From contig OZ240211.1 in the NCBI GenBank assembly GCA_965197525.1, forward strand, positions 608,001-672,000: DNA of 64,000 nucleotides. Reading direction: 5' to 3'. The notes beneath the pieces were generated by a model. The model had not been told where the DNA came from. It ran no database searches and saw nothing but the letters and a program-made list of their open reading frames with translations. Within the stretch, counting starts at the first letter, position 1. Each line of letters opens with the position of its first letter. Below, piece by piece: positions 28,796 through 38,461 of the stretch. A program made the position numbers and the translations under genes. This DNA is from Nitrosopumilus sp. (GTDB lineage: Archaea; Thermoproteota; Nitrososphaeria; Nitrososphaerales; Nitrosopumilaceae).

Positions 28796-29224
28796 TTAAT
28801 TTTCTGCTTTCTTGAGTGCTTTACGAATAATATCCAGAGCATCAAAGGCCTTTTCTGGACGTGGTAACTGAATCATAAACGTATTATTCTTACCATAATG
28901 AGATTTTGGTGAAGCAATGGCAAGCATTGACGTCTTTGCAAGAGATTCAAAGAACGCGTAATCAGTATTTGCATTGATAAGAAACGTTTCGGTAATGTTC
29001 CATTTTGAGAATGTCAAGACAACCTCTACGAAAACATGGCCCAATCCATCTTGCAATATATTTAGATCAGTCATGATAGAGACAGAATCGCCTGCGGCTT
29101 TGGATATCATATCATCGTATCTTGACTCATCAAGTAAAATACACGGAGTTTTAGCCCCATCAAAATCAAAGATGGTAACACCATCATGTACTCTATCAAG
29201 GAGACGCTGCAGTTCCTCAGACAT
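28796..29224 (-). CDS. Hypothetical protein
   Basis: 142-aa ORF translationally coupled to the antiporter gene. Confidence 0.7.
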   Translation of the reverse strand: MSEELQRLLDRVHDGVTIFDFDGAKTPCILLDESRYDDMISKAAGDSVSIMTDLNILQDGLGHVFVEVVLTFSKWNITETFLINANTDYAFFESLAKTSMLAIASPKSHYGKNNTFMIQLPRPEKAFDALDIIRKALKKAEN

Positions 29225-30560
29225 CAGAATCTTCTTCCAATGGAGGAGTTACTTTATCGCCTGCCTGGATTAAAAATGGAGATATCAGTGCAGTAACAAT
29301 AGCGATAACACCTATCAATGGGAACAAAAATGCACTGACGGCACCCATATCAACTCCAACTTTTACAATTACAATCGAGAATTCACCACGCGGAGCTGCT
29401 AGAGTAAATGCAGAACGTAATGCTTTACTGCGTTTCTGATTAAGTATCAAATTGCCCAACATATGACCGCTAAATTTCATCACAGTGGCGACTAGGATTA
29501 AAATAATTGCAATGACAATATAATTTTCAAGCTGTGATATATCCATCAAGGCACCTACTGAGACAAAGAAAATGGCTACAAACATGTTTTTGATTGGATT
29601 GGTAAGCACCTTTGCAACATCGGCTGATTTTGACTCTGCTACGAGTACACCTGCCAGAAATGCACCAATCGCAACAGATAACCCCACAATATTTGCAAGC
29701 AATGCATATCCAAAACATACACCTAAAATGCTTAGTAATAAAATTTCATTATGATCAGAAGATGCCACCCTATCAATAAGTCGGGGGATTACACGGGTTC
29801 CAATAGTGAATGTTCCGATAATAAGACTCATAGCGACTAGCAGTATTACAGCAATGGATTCTGCAGATATTGTACCAGCTAACGCAACAGATTGTAGTGA
29901 GGATATTAAGATAACTGCAATAATATCTTCAACAATTAAAACACCTAAAACCAAAAGCGAAGATTCTTTTTTGATTCTGCCCGTCTCTTCTAAAAGTTTG
30001 ACAATTACCGCAGTACTAGATATCGACAGGGCGGCTGCAATGAATAACGCATCCATAAATCCTAATCCTAACGCACTAGCAGTATAAAACAATACACCTA
30101 GTGTTAAAAATAATCCCAAGCTTCCAACTCCGACTGCTACACGTCCAATACTCTTAATCTTGGCATAGGGAAATTCTATACCAATTACAAACAAAAGCAA
30201 GATCACACCAATCTCTGCAAAGAGATTCAGTGCAGATACATCAGACAGTATTCCAACACCATCAATACCGCCAGAGAGTAGACTGCTACTACCATCACCG
30301 GCAGGAAGTATCCAAGACCATAGTGGAGACAAAGGTCCAAGCAGCATCCCTGCAAAGAGATAACCTATGATTAATGGTTGTTTGATTTTAAAGAAAGCTA
30401 GTGTAATAATTGCGCCGATTATCATGATAAGTGCTAAATCGGTTATAAAATCAGTATGCAATAATTTAGGAGTGACTTGGTCTAAGAGTCGAGTAATAGT
30501 ACTGTCAAATGAGCTCTGCATTCCGTTTCCGTCTACTTGAAGAGCAAAAGGATTAATCAC
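29217..30560 (-). CDS. Cation:proton antiporter, CPA2 family
   Basis: Multi-TM protein with LSISSTAV, LIVEDI and PRGEFS motifs. Confidence 0.9.
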   Translation of the reverse strand: MINPFALQVDGNGMQSSFDSTITRLLDQVTPKLLHTDFITDLALIMIIGAIITLAFFKIKQPLIIGYLFAGMLLGPLSPLWSWILPAGDGSSSLLSGGIDGVGILSDVSALNLFAEIGVILLLFVIGIEFPYAKIKSIGRVAVGVGSLGLFLTLGVLFYTASALGLGFMDALFIAAALSISSTAVIVKLLEETGRIKKESSLLVLGVLIVEDIIAVILISSLQSVALAGTISAESIAVILLVAMSLIIGTFTIGTRVIPRLIDRVASSDHNEILLLSILGVCFGYALLANIVGLSVAIGAFLAGVLVAESKSADVAKVLTNPIKNMFVAIFFVSVGALMDISQLENYIVIAIILILVATVMKFSGHMLGNLILNQKRSKALRSAFTLAAPRGEFSIVIVKVGVDMGAVSAFLFPLIGVIAIVTALISPFLIQAGDKVTPPLEEDSDV

Positions 30561-31092
30561 ACTATTAATTAGCAGATACGCTTAAAAGTGATTCATGTTT
30601 GCCGGCGTAATAGGGTATGCAAGTAGGAGCAATAGCTGGTAATAATATAACCTAATCTAGATAACATAAATGTGCAGAATGAAGAGTAGGTTGACTGATA
30701 CAAGATGAAGAGTAATAGCCTTGGGGTATCTGACTGCATATATGATAACCGAACACATATCAAGATCCTCCATAGATCCACATACTGCCTTGATGTAATA
30801 CGTCACCTTGCACGTTGGCAGGTTAATCATCATTTTTCAAGACTTGTTTGACTTGGCGCGCAGTAGTATTACCCCTAACACCGGAAACAATACAATTACT
30901 CCTATATCATACGCAAGTCAGTAATCGGCGTTGTCAAGTATCATTCCCAACACTACAAGAGGAGAGAATGCGATAACGATCGCAGCGATTATCATGACGA
31001 TGTTTGTCATAAGGCGAATGCCATGTAGTATATTTAAAATATTATGGCTGGCACTCTAAAACTATTAATAGTACGGTACCATACCGTACTAT

Positions 31093-31200
31093 ATGCTACA
31101 ATGCGAGTATTGTTCAGAGAGATTCATAGAGACAAAAGACGGTATTGCTATAAAAACACTGCATGAATTGCTACACGACCCCAGAGTTGTAAACGAATAG
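31093..31200 (+). CDS. 35-aa C2H2-like zinc-finger microprotein (not in the ORF track)
   Basis: MLQCEYCSERFIETKDGIAIKTLHELLHDPRVVNE. Confidence 0.6.
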   Translation: MLQCEYCSERFIETKDGIAIKTLHELLHDPRVVNE

Positions 31201-31313
31201 TTTTTTGTATCTATTTAATCCAACTTTTTTTTTTACTTGATGACCGCACACAGCAAACCGTACAATCTTCAAAATCATAGTGAATTAGAATAGGACAATC
31301 CTAGAATCAAGAA

Positions 31314-33389
31314 CTAGTTGTCGCCATCATTATCATCGACGCTAGCTTGAAGTTGATCCTTTCTCCTCTTTAATACAGTAAATATTCCAAGAATTGTAGA
31401 GACCCAGATTACACTAAATAGTATGTTTGAGATGCTAACGTACATGTACGGCGTAGCGTCCACTATATTAGTTTGAATTGCAGTAGCCCTTGCGTGAATG
31501 TCAAGCAACGCAGTATGATACGCAGCGTTATCCTTGGATATAGAAGCAAGATAATCAACACCGTCAAACATGGTATCAACATTATTTTGTATTCTAAGAA
31601 AATTAGTAGACTCGGTACTAAATATCCAAACAGGATTTTTTGAGATTAATTTTCCATTTGGGTCAGTGGTGCTAGGAAGACGATCCATTACTACATCAAG
31701 ATCTGACTGGATAGCAAAAAGATGATTGTGAATTATAACTGGATCCGATGAGGATATTACACCGTCAAGATTTCCTCTAATCCTATCAAGAGGATAAATA
31801 TCGTCATGGTATCCAGCAAATGCCATGTATACCCCAAATATAATCAATCCAAGTATCCCAATCATTGAAAGTTTGTATGTGGTATTTGCCATCTTTTCTC
31901 TCTTTGTAATTAGCCGATTATTGCTTGATTTATTTCTTTTAAATCTAGTATGGGAGAGACTCATATATGCAATGTAAAAAAACCCAATAGTTTGTATCCC
32001 AATTATAGGTGCAAAGACAGGATTGCCAGAGTATAGAGACACAAATACTGCGATGACGCCATAAACCCCAAAAAATATCTCTAAAAGAGTTGTTTTGGTA
32101 AATGGGAGATTGTATGCTTTGTTCTTCCAATCATCATGCTTTGTAATGATTCCATACTTTGGCGTTCTAAGAAATTCATTCTTTTGACCGACTACTGCAT
32201 CAAAGACTGCAACAGTATTGTTAACTGACATGCCAGCATTATAAACCAGTAATGCAGGCAACAAAGCCACTTTTGATTTCCATGATTTTTGATACATAGT
32301 TTGTATGATAAAGATATACGCACCCGGACCCATTGCTAGATAGATGGCAATTGTTAGCAGAGGAAGGAAGCTAATCACATACAAATTGACGTTTCCTGCC
32401 AGTAGTATAGGCAATGTCAAGAACTGTATCAACATTAATGGATAAACGATATGACGTGTCAGTTGTATAAAGGCCTGAATCTTGGCTTCCGCGCCAACTG
32501 TGCGTTTGACGATGATATCAGTAAGTAACTTTAATGCACATTGAATAGAACCTTTTGCCCAACGAAATTGTTGTCGTTTGGCGGCATTCATTTGAGCAGG
32601 TAGTTCTGCATTAACTACAATGTCTTCAAGAAATACACATTTCCAACCTTTCATCTGTGCCCTGTAACTTAGATCGAGATCTTCAACTAGTGTTGCAATA
32701 TGCCAACCGCCAGCATCTTCAACACAATTGCGTCTCCAGATTCCTGCTGTGCCGTTAAAATTCATAAACAGATTGGAATTGCTTTTTGCTTTCTGTTCTA
32801 TTAGAAAATGAAAATCAAGACTTAGGGCCTGTACTTGAGTGATTGTAGAATAATTTTCATTGACATGACCCCAGCGACATTGAACCAATCCAATCAAGGG
32901 ATTTGAAAAATGAGGAATTGCACGTTTGAGAAACCATTGAGGAGGTATAAAATCAGCATCAAATATTGCGACAAGGTCAGTATCTGTTGTCTTCATTGCG
33001 TGTTTTAATGCACCTGCCTTGTATCCTTTTCTTGTCCCACGTCTTACATGTTCAATTTGAAAACCTTGTTTTTTGTAGTTATCAACTAGATCACTAAGTA
33101 ATTTTACTGTATCGTCATCAGAGTCATCACATACCATTATTCTCATCTTATTTTTTGGATAATCTAAATTACACACAGCATCAACTAGTCTCTTTGCAAC
33201 GTATTTTTCGTTGTATATTGGCAGTTGAATTGTAATGGTAGGAGTCCCCCAATCAATGGTGGGATGAAGATCTTTACGTTTCAGAGAGAGAAATGCAAGA
33301 TAGTAGAAATTACAAGTATATGCAGTGATTAAGATTGCAGATACAATAAACAGATCAAAGACCAATTGGGTAAAAGGATTGCCTGCCAC
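31314..33389 (-). CDS. Processive GT2 glycosyltransferase (cellulose-synthase-like) with C-terminal membrane domain
   Basis: DDSDD, KAG, DAD, VED and QQFRW (D,D,D,QxxRW). Confidence 0.9.
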   Translation of the reverse strand: MAGNPFTQLVFDLFIVSAILITAYTCNFYYLAFLSLKRKDLHPTIDWGTPTITIQLPIYNEKYVAKRLVDAVCNLDYPKNKMRIMVCDDSDDDTVKLLSDLVDNYKKQGFQIEHVRRGTRKGYKAGALKHAMKTTDTDLVAIFDADFIPPQWFLKRAIPHFSNPLIGLVQCRWGHVNENYSTITQVQALSLDFHFLIEQKAKSNSNLFMNFNGTAGIWRRNCVEDAGGWHIATLVEDLDLSYRAQMKGWKCVFLEDIVVNAELPAQMNAAKRQQFRWAKGSIQCALKLLTDIIVKRTVGAEAKIQAFIQLTRHIVYPLMLIQFLTLPILLAGNVNLYVISFLPLLTIAIYLAMGPGAYIFIIQTMYQKSWKSKVALLPALLVYNAGMSVNNTVAVFDAVVGQKNEFLRTPKYGIITKHDDWKNKAYNLPFTKTTLLEIFFGVYGVIAVFVSLYSGNPVFAPIIGIQTIGFFYIAYMSLSHTRFKRNKSSNNRLITKREKMANTTYKLSMIGILGLIIFGVYMAFAGYHDDIYPLDRIRGNLDGVISSSDPVIIHNHLFAIQSDLDVVMDRLPSTTDPNGKLISKNPVWIFSTESTNFLRIQNNVDTMFDGVDYLASISKDNAAYHTALLDIHARATAIQTNIVDATPYMYVSISNILFSVIWVSTILGIFTVLKRRKDQLQASVDDNDGDN

Positions 33390-33469
33390 AATCTGACAGT
33401 AGTTAGTTGCTATTTATAATTGAAACAGACATGATGTTGATATTGTTATTGTAGTTGTTGCTGTTGCTG

Positions 33470-34423
33470 TTACTTTTGTTCAAATATTTTTATGGCCTGG
33501 GGAGGACAAACACCCTCACACGCAAGACAGAATATACAATCAGGTTCCTTTGACATGAGTGGTTTCTTATCAGAACCAGGATTTCCAGGGGTATCAAACC
33601 ATTCATAGACGTCAACAGGGCAGGCTTCAAGACATCCGCCATCAGCTATACAAATATCATAATCAACAGATACAAACTCTCCCCATACGCCCATTATGCC
33701 GTTGTTAGTACCTTTACGTCCCCAAGTCTTTATGGTATGTTCTGGTGCATCATATGAAGAAGATGATTTCAGTTTTGATTTGTAATCAACATCTATTGGA
33801 CCAGATTTTGCGCCATCAGGTATCTCTAGTGCGTCGCCTTCATCTTCAGCATCCTCATCGTCGGTAGCCTCGATTGGTTTTGGTTTTGCACCAAGAACTA
33901 TCTTAGCTAGAGGCGTGAGTTCTTCTAATCTTTGAATAGCTGCAACTTCGGATATCTTTTCTGACTTTACCAAGTATGATATCATCTTGTCGGCAAGTAT
34001 AGTGTTGCGTAAAATAGTGTCAATTGCCATCTTTGCAAAGTGATCAGCCTTTTTCCTATAATCTTTAACCCAGTTTGGATCACCAAATTTTTCTATTGGG
34101 AATATTTGATATATAATATCAACAACTTCGCCAGTCACAACCTCAACTGTTACTGACAAATCAACCTTCTCGTATCCTTTAGCATCAGGATCATGCATAT
34201 TCTCTTCCTTCCAACTATACGTAGCAAAGATTCTATCAGCATACATGTCCATCTCAAATGCCTTTTTGAGACCGTCATGGACTGAACGTATCTCCAATGG
34301 ATCTTCTAGCTTGACTGGTAATCGATACAATCCTAGTTTGAATCCATGCAATGGATATACGCCACGTTTTGCAGTAGGTGCCTCCATTGACCAAACTCGG
34401 TCTTTGAGTAGTAGGGACATCAC
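33470..34423 (-). CDS. Protein with C-terminal 2x[4Fe-4S] ferredoxin domain
   Basis: CIADGGCLEACP and CIFCLACEGVCP. Confidence 0.88.
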   Translation of the reverse strand: MMSLLLKDRVWSMEAPTAKRGVYPLHGFKLGLYRLPVKLEDPLEIRSVHDGLKKAFEMDMYADRIFATYSWKEENMHDPDAKGYEKVDLSVTVEVVTGEVVDIIYQIFPIEKFGDPNWVKDYRKKADHFAKMAIDTILRNTILADKMISYLVKSEKISEVAAIQRLEELTPLAKIVLGAKPKPIEATDDEDAEDEGDALEIPDGAKSGPIDVDYKSKLKSSSSYDAPEHTIKTWGRKGTNNGIMGVWGEFVSVDYDICIADGGCLEACPVDVYEWFDTPGNPGSDKKPLMSKEPDCIFCLACEGVCPPQAIKIFEQK

Positions 34424-34535
34424 TAGTATTAGTTTGTTTTTATTTAAAAACGTTGTCAGGGATGGTTCTGTGAAGTTATCGAGGGTTATCTGTTAATCCC
34501 TAAATTGTATAAACCTCTAAACCGTAAGATATTCG

Positions 34536-35729
34536 TTGAAAGCGATAAAGTCATTATCACAGAAATATACGCCGAACTCTGATCTAATGGATATGATGGC
34601 TATATTCACAAAGATGGTCAATCATTGCATCAAGACAGGATTGAAAGAAGACACTCACAATATGAAGAGGTTGTCCATGTTATGTTATCATGAATTACGT
34701 AATTATGACATCCTGTCTTCATACAAACTAAATGCAATATCACGAGCTGCAGGCATGTTATCAAACAGAAAACAATCAATCAAACGAGGTGTCAGAATAA
34801 GAGACCCAATAGTCAAAAATCCCTTTATGACAAACTGTTACGGTATACAACACAGCGGTGCACTATTAACAATCCCATACAAGAAACATAACCCAATCAA
34901 CATTTTACTCAACGTTCACACCCAAAAAATCCTATCTGATCCCGCCTTGACGGTGCGTTCGTTTTCATTGACTGCTCTGAACATCAGTCTTTGTGTTTCA
35001 AAAACAGTACAAGAGATAGAGTGCACCAATCAAGTGGGAATAGACAGAAACCTAAGAAATGTGACGTGTGGGAACAAGCAAGAGGTGACAGTCTACAAGA
35101 CAAACAAACTGTTATCCATAAAGGAGAACACAATACACGCCAGGGCAGGCTTCCACAGAAATGATCGCAGAAAGAAAGGTCAATTCTGGAAACAAAGACA
35201 GAGACGAATGAGCAATAGAACAAAGCAGTACATCCACAGAATCTCAAAGGATATAGTAGACAACGCAGTCAAAAACAAGACTGCAATCGTCATGGAAAAC
35301 CTGAAAGGAATAAGAAAATTGTACCGAAAAGGAAACAGTCAAGGTAACAAGTACAGGCGTAGATTGAACGGGTGGCAATTCTACGAGTTACAACGCCAAA
35401 TAGAATACAAAGCCCAATGGGTCGGGTTGCCTCCAGTCGAGACAGTAGACCCAAGAAACACGAGCACGCAGTGTCCGCAATGCGGAAAGAGACTCCAAGA
35501 GGACATGCAACAACATCGTAAAATGTCGTGTAATAATTGCGGTTTGTTTATGGACAGGGATATTATCGCTGCCATGAACATATCACGCAAGCTGCCCCCT
35601 AGGTTTAGGGGTAGTAGAGATGACATAGATGAAGCGCAGTCCGGCACTTTTGAGCAGGCGATGACGGAACCCGGCACACCATTGGTAATCCGAATAGTCG
35701 ATATGTCAAAGTCAAGTTATAGGGGTTAA
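34536..35729 (+). CDS. tnpB: TnpB RNA-guided endonuclease, full length
   Basis: VGIDRN, VMENL, TSTQCPQCG...CNNCG and DRDIIAAMNI. Homologous to 27382-28593. Confidence 0.95.
   Translation: MKAIKSLSQKYTPNSDLMDMMAIFTKMVNHCIKTGLKEDTHNMKRLSMLCYHELRNYDILSSYKLNAISRAAGMLSNRKQSIKRGVRIRDPIVKNPFMTNCYGIQHSGALLTIPYKKHNPINILLNVHTQKILSDPALTVRSFSLTALNISLCVSKTVQEIECTNQVGIDRNLRNVTCGNKQEVTVYKTNKLLSIKENTIHARAGFHRNDRRKKGQFWKQRQRRMSNRTKQYIHRISKDIVDNAVKNKTAIVMENLKGIRKLYRKGNSQGNKYRRRLNGWQFYELQRQIEYKAQWVGLPPVETVDPRNTSTQCPQCGKRLQEDMQQHRKMSCNNCGLFMDRDIIAAMNISRKLPPRFRGSRDDIDEAQSGTFEQAMTEPGTPLVIRIVDMSKSSYRG
35592..35714 (+). ncRNA. Putative TnpB omega-RNA scaffold overlapping the tnpB 3' end (also at about 8772-8894 and 27415-27537 on the minus strand)
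   Basis: Stem CTGCCCCCT-AGGTTT-AGGGGTAG versus CTGTCTCCT-AGGTTT-AGAGATAG in copies 1/2 shows two compensatory pair swaps. omega-RNAs are known to overlap tnpB 3' ends. Exact RNA ends unknown. Confidence 0.55.
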
Positions 35730-35984
35730 CCCTCGATAACTTCACAGAACCGGGAATAGAGATGTCATAATTAACCGTATAAAATAATCGGCATGCCTAA
35801 AGAAAGACAAGTCTACAATCTGATTATAACAGGCATAAAATACAAAAGGCGAGTATACCATATTTGAACCACATTAATCTAAATAACGTATGTGTCACCA
35901 CGCACAAGTTGAATATTTTATTGTATCATACGTACAAGCTACGAAAATATCATTTTTATGTAAATAAGTCCTGAGAAGAACAAG

Positions 35985-36803
35985 TTGAGACTACAAAAAG
36001 TTGCAATAGTAAGCAAGGTCGGTTCAAAGGACTCAGAACAAGCTGCCAAGAGTATTGCAAAAAAATTGCTAGCAAAAAAATCCCAAGTATTTACAATCTC
36101 GCCAATAGAGGTGGAAGGAGCGCACCAGATGGAAACGCTTGATGAGTTAAAGAAAGAGAAAAGACTTGATCTAGTCATTACTTTGGGAGGTGATGGAACA
36201 ACCTTGCGTGTTTTCAGATATTTAGAAAACGAGACGCCCATTCTAACAATCAACGTAGGAGGAAATAGAGGAATATTATCAGAGATCACAATGGATGAGA
36301 TTGATAATGCAATAGATCAAATTATAAAGAATAATTTTTTCCTAGATAAAAGAACACGAGTTGTAGTATCTTCAGGAGGAAAAGAATTCCCACCTGCATT
36401 AAATGAGATATACATTACAAGAACAAATTTGACACGAACAGCAGAGATAAAGATAAAATTTCAAAATGATGTTGTAAAACAAAAGATGGACGGAGTAATC
36501 ATTGCTACACCTAGTGGTTCTACAGGACATTCTTTTTCACTTGGCGGGCCAATTTTGCACGAAAGTTTGGATGTACTAATTATTACACCTGTTGCACCAG
36601 TGTATAGATTGGCATCATTGATTGTTCCGGACGAAAAGATAGAGATAACATGTTCCCATGATTGCAATATTGCAATGGATGCACAGGTTGTTAAATCGGT
36701 GGGATACGAAGAACCGATAACTATTAGAAAATACAAGAAACAAGCAGTCTTTATAAGATTGAAGAAACGTGGGCTAAGACAGATGAGCAAGCTTGGATTT
36801 TAA
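35985..36803 (+). CDS. nadK: NAD kinase
   Basis: GGDGT, ALNE and DGVIIATPSGSTGHSFSLGG. Confidence 0.95.
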   Translation: MRLQKVAIVSKVGSKDSEQAAKSIAKKLLAKKSQVFTISPIEVEGAHQMETLDELKKEKRLDLVITLGGDGTTLRVFRYLENETPILTINVGGNRGILSEITMDEIDNAIDQIIKNNFFLDKRTRVVVSSGGKEFPPALNEIYITRTNLTRTAEIKIKFQNDVVKQKMDGVIIATPSGSTGHSFSLGGPILHESLDVLIITPVAPVYRLASLIVPDEKIEITCSHDCNIAMDAQVVKSVGYEEPITIRKYKKQAVFIRLKKRGLRQMSKLGF

Positions 36804-37314
36804 GATACTAGATGCTAGTGCATTTTATGCAGGAGTGCCGTTTAGATCATCGGACAGATATTATACCACGACCTTGGTGTATAACGAGATCAAACATATA
36901 AAAAAAAATCATGATGCGCTAGGAGCATTACTTGATACTGGTAAATTAGAAATCAGAGAACCTAGTGTGCAATCAATGGATAATGCAATAGAAATATCAA
37001 AAAAGACTGGGGATTACCCACAGCTATCAAAACAAGATATCTCAATTATAGCACTAGGGATGGAGACAAAAGGAGATGTAATTAGTGATGATTTTGCAAT
37101 CTCAAATGTGATAAAGAATGCAGGATTAAAGGTGTCATGTATCATGACCGGCGGTATAAGGGACGTAGGACGATGGATACACTACTGTCCAGGATGCAAA
37201 ACTAGTCAAAGTATAAAGACTACAGAGAACTGTCACCTCTGCCTAGTGTGCAATACACCATTAAAAAGAAAACTAATCAAGAGAAGATCGCTTCCCGCTC
37301 AGCCATACAAATGA
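36793..37314 (+). CDS. nob1: Nob1-like PIN-domain rRNA-processing endonuclease
   Basis: ILDASAF, LSKQDISIIAL, SDDFAISNV and a C-terminal CPGC...CLVC Zn ribbon. Confidence 0.85.
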   Translation: MDFKILDASAFYAGVPFRSSDRYYTTTLVYNEIKHIKKNHDALGALLDTGKLEIREPSVQSMDNAIEISKKTGDYPQLSKQDISIIALGMETKGDVISDDFAISNVIKNAGLKVSCIMTGGIRDVGRWIHYCPGCKTSQSIKTTENCHLCLVCNTPLKRKLIKRRSLPAQPYK

Positions 37315-37478
37315 ACCATCGTCATCATCGTCATCAAAGTCCAATATTGTGAAAACCGGCAAGGCTGTAGAAAGATGTAATGCTCTATGCCCATGCATGC
37401 AATAACACGCATCTGTAGTTTGAGACACGAATCTTGGTACAATACATATCTGCATAAAGAATGTGTTACAATGAGGGA

Positions 37479-37667
37479 ATGAAGAGATTAAACAAGGTCA
37501 TATTTGGTACGATCGCGTTTTTTGTAGGCGCAGTATTAGCACACATATGAGATTCCCAGCCAGCACTCTCAGCTGCCAGAGATCTATTTTTATTCCCTGC
37601 CGTTTCAGGCATGATAGTTGGTGGTATAGTGTCACTCAAAGCAGTATTTACAGAGACAAATGCATAG
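37479..37667 (+). pseudogene. Possible small two-TM membrane protein interrupted by TGA
   Basis: MKRLNKVIFGTIAFFVGAVLAHI*DSQPALSAARDLFLFPAVSGMIVGGIVSLKAVFTETNA, with the stop at 37548-37550. Confidence 0.35.
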
Positions 37668-37729
37668 GTGTTTGTTTGTTTTTTTTTTTGTGCCGTGCTA
37701 TTTCATTATCATTATCATCGTCATCATCA

Positions 37730-38416
37730 TCATAACTCGTTCAGAGTCTTTTGATTTGTTGTCTTTAGTAACTTACTCTTAGAATTAAGAGTTTTTTTGA
37801 TCTTTTTGGCTCTAGCACTCCCCAAGCCCTCAACTTTTATCAATTCTGAGACAGTTGCACTAAAAACACTAGAGGGTGTTCCAAATTTTGCAAGCATTCT
37901 AACTGCAAATTTTTCTCCGACTCCAGGCAGACTACAAAGAATGGATAGCTGCTGTTTTTCCAAGTCAGATGATTTTTTGATCTTTTTGAGATACGGTCCT
38001 TTTGAAGAATCTTTGCGCGAACACATACACATCAATAGCTTGGCAGTATGTGTAGCACTAGATGTAGGAATCACCGGAATTTTAAAATCAAGAGCTATGT
38101 TAGACAGAGCACCATAAAATACCAGAGGATTCTCTGCAATCTCTTCTACCTCATCGATATTACCCTCTAGTAGAATGATCGGGTGTGCAAAGTGCTCTTT
38201 TAATCTGGAGCATTGATCGTATAGTCTGCCATCAAATAACGAGGATAAGAGATCACGAATGCTCTTTCTTTCGACAACAGTTTCAGGTCCAACAATATAA
38301 TCGCCTATTGGAAGCGTCTTTACCTCCACGTTTAGGTCAAGCGAACGGAGAAAGTCAGGTATGCCACTCTTGCGTTCTCGCTCATCGGCAATAATTCTAA
38401 GATCTGCTAATTTCAC
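37730..38416 (-). CDS. xpf: XPF/ERCC4 structure-specific nuclease with HhH motifs
   Basis: GDY and VERKS nuclease motifs, plus LPGVGEK and VEGLGSARAKKI HhH repeats. Confidence 0.92.
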   Translation of the reverse strand: MKLADLRIIADERERKSGIPDFLRSLDLNVEVKTLPIGDYIVGPETVVERKSIRDLLSSLFDGRLYDQCSRLKEHFAHPIILLEGNIDEVEEIAENPLVFYGALSNIALDFKIPVIPTSSATHTAKLLMCMCSRKDSSKGPYLKKIKKSSDLEKQQLSILCSLPGVGEKFAVRMLAKFGTPSSVFSATVSELIKVEGLGSARAKKIKKTLNSKSKLLKTTNQKTLNEL

Positions 38417-38461
38417 AAGGTTACTTGTAATGAATTGTTAATATCTTGTATGAAATAAAGA

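Larger units (their letters stand above)
34464..35751 (+). mobile_element. TIR-bounded tnpB element, copy 3 (1288 bp), divergent subfamily
   Basis: Perfect 25-bp TIR GGTTCTGTGAAGTTATCGAGGGTTA (34464-34488 and 35727-35751). No clean TSD. Confidence 0.92.
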
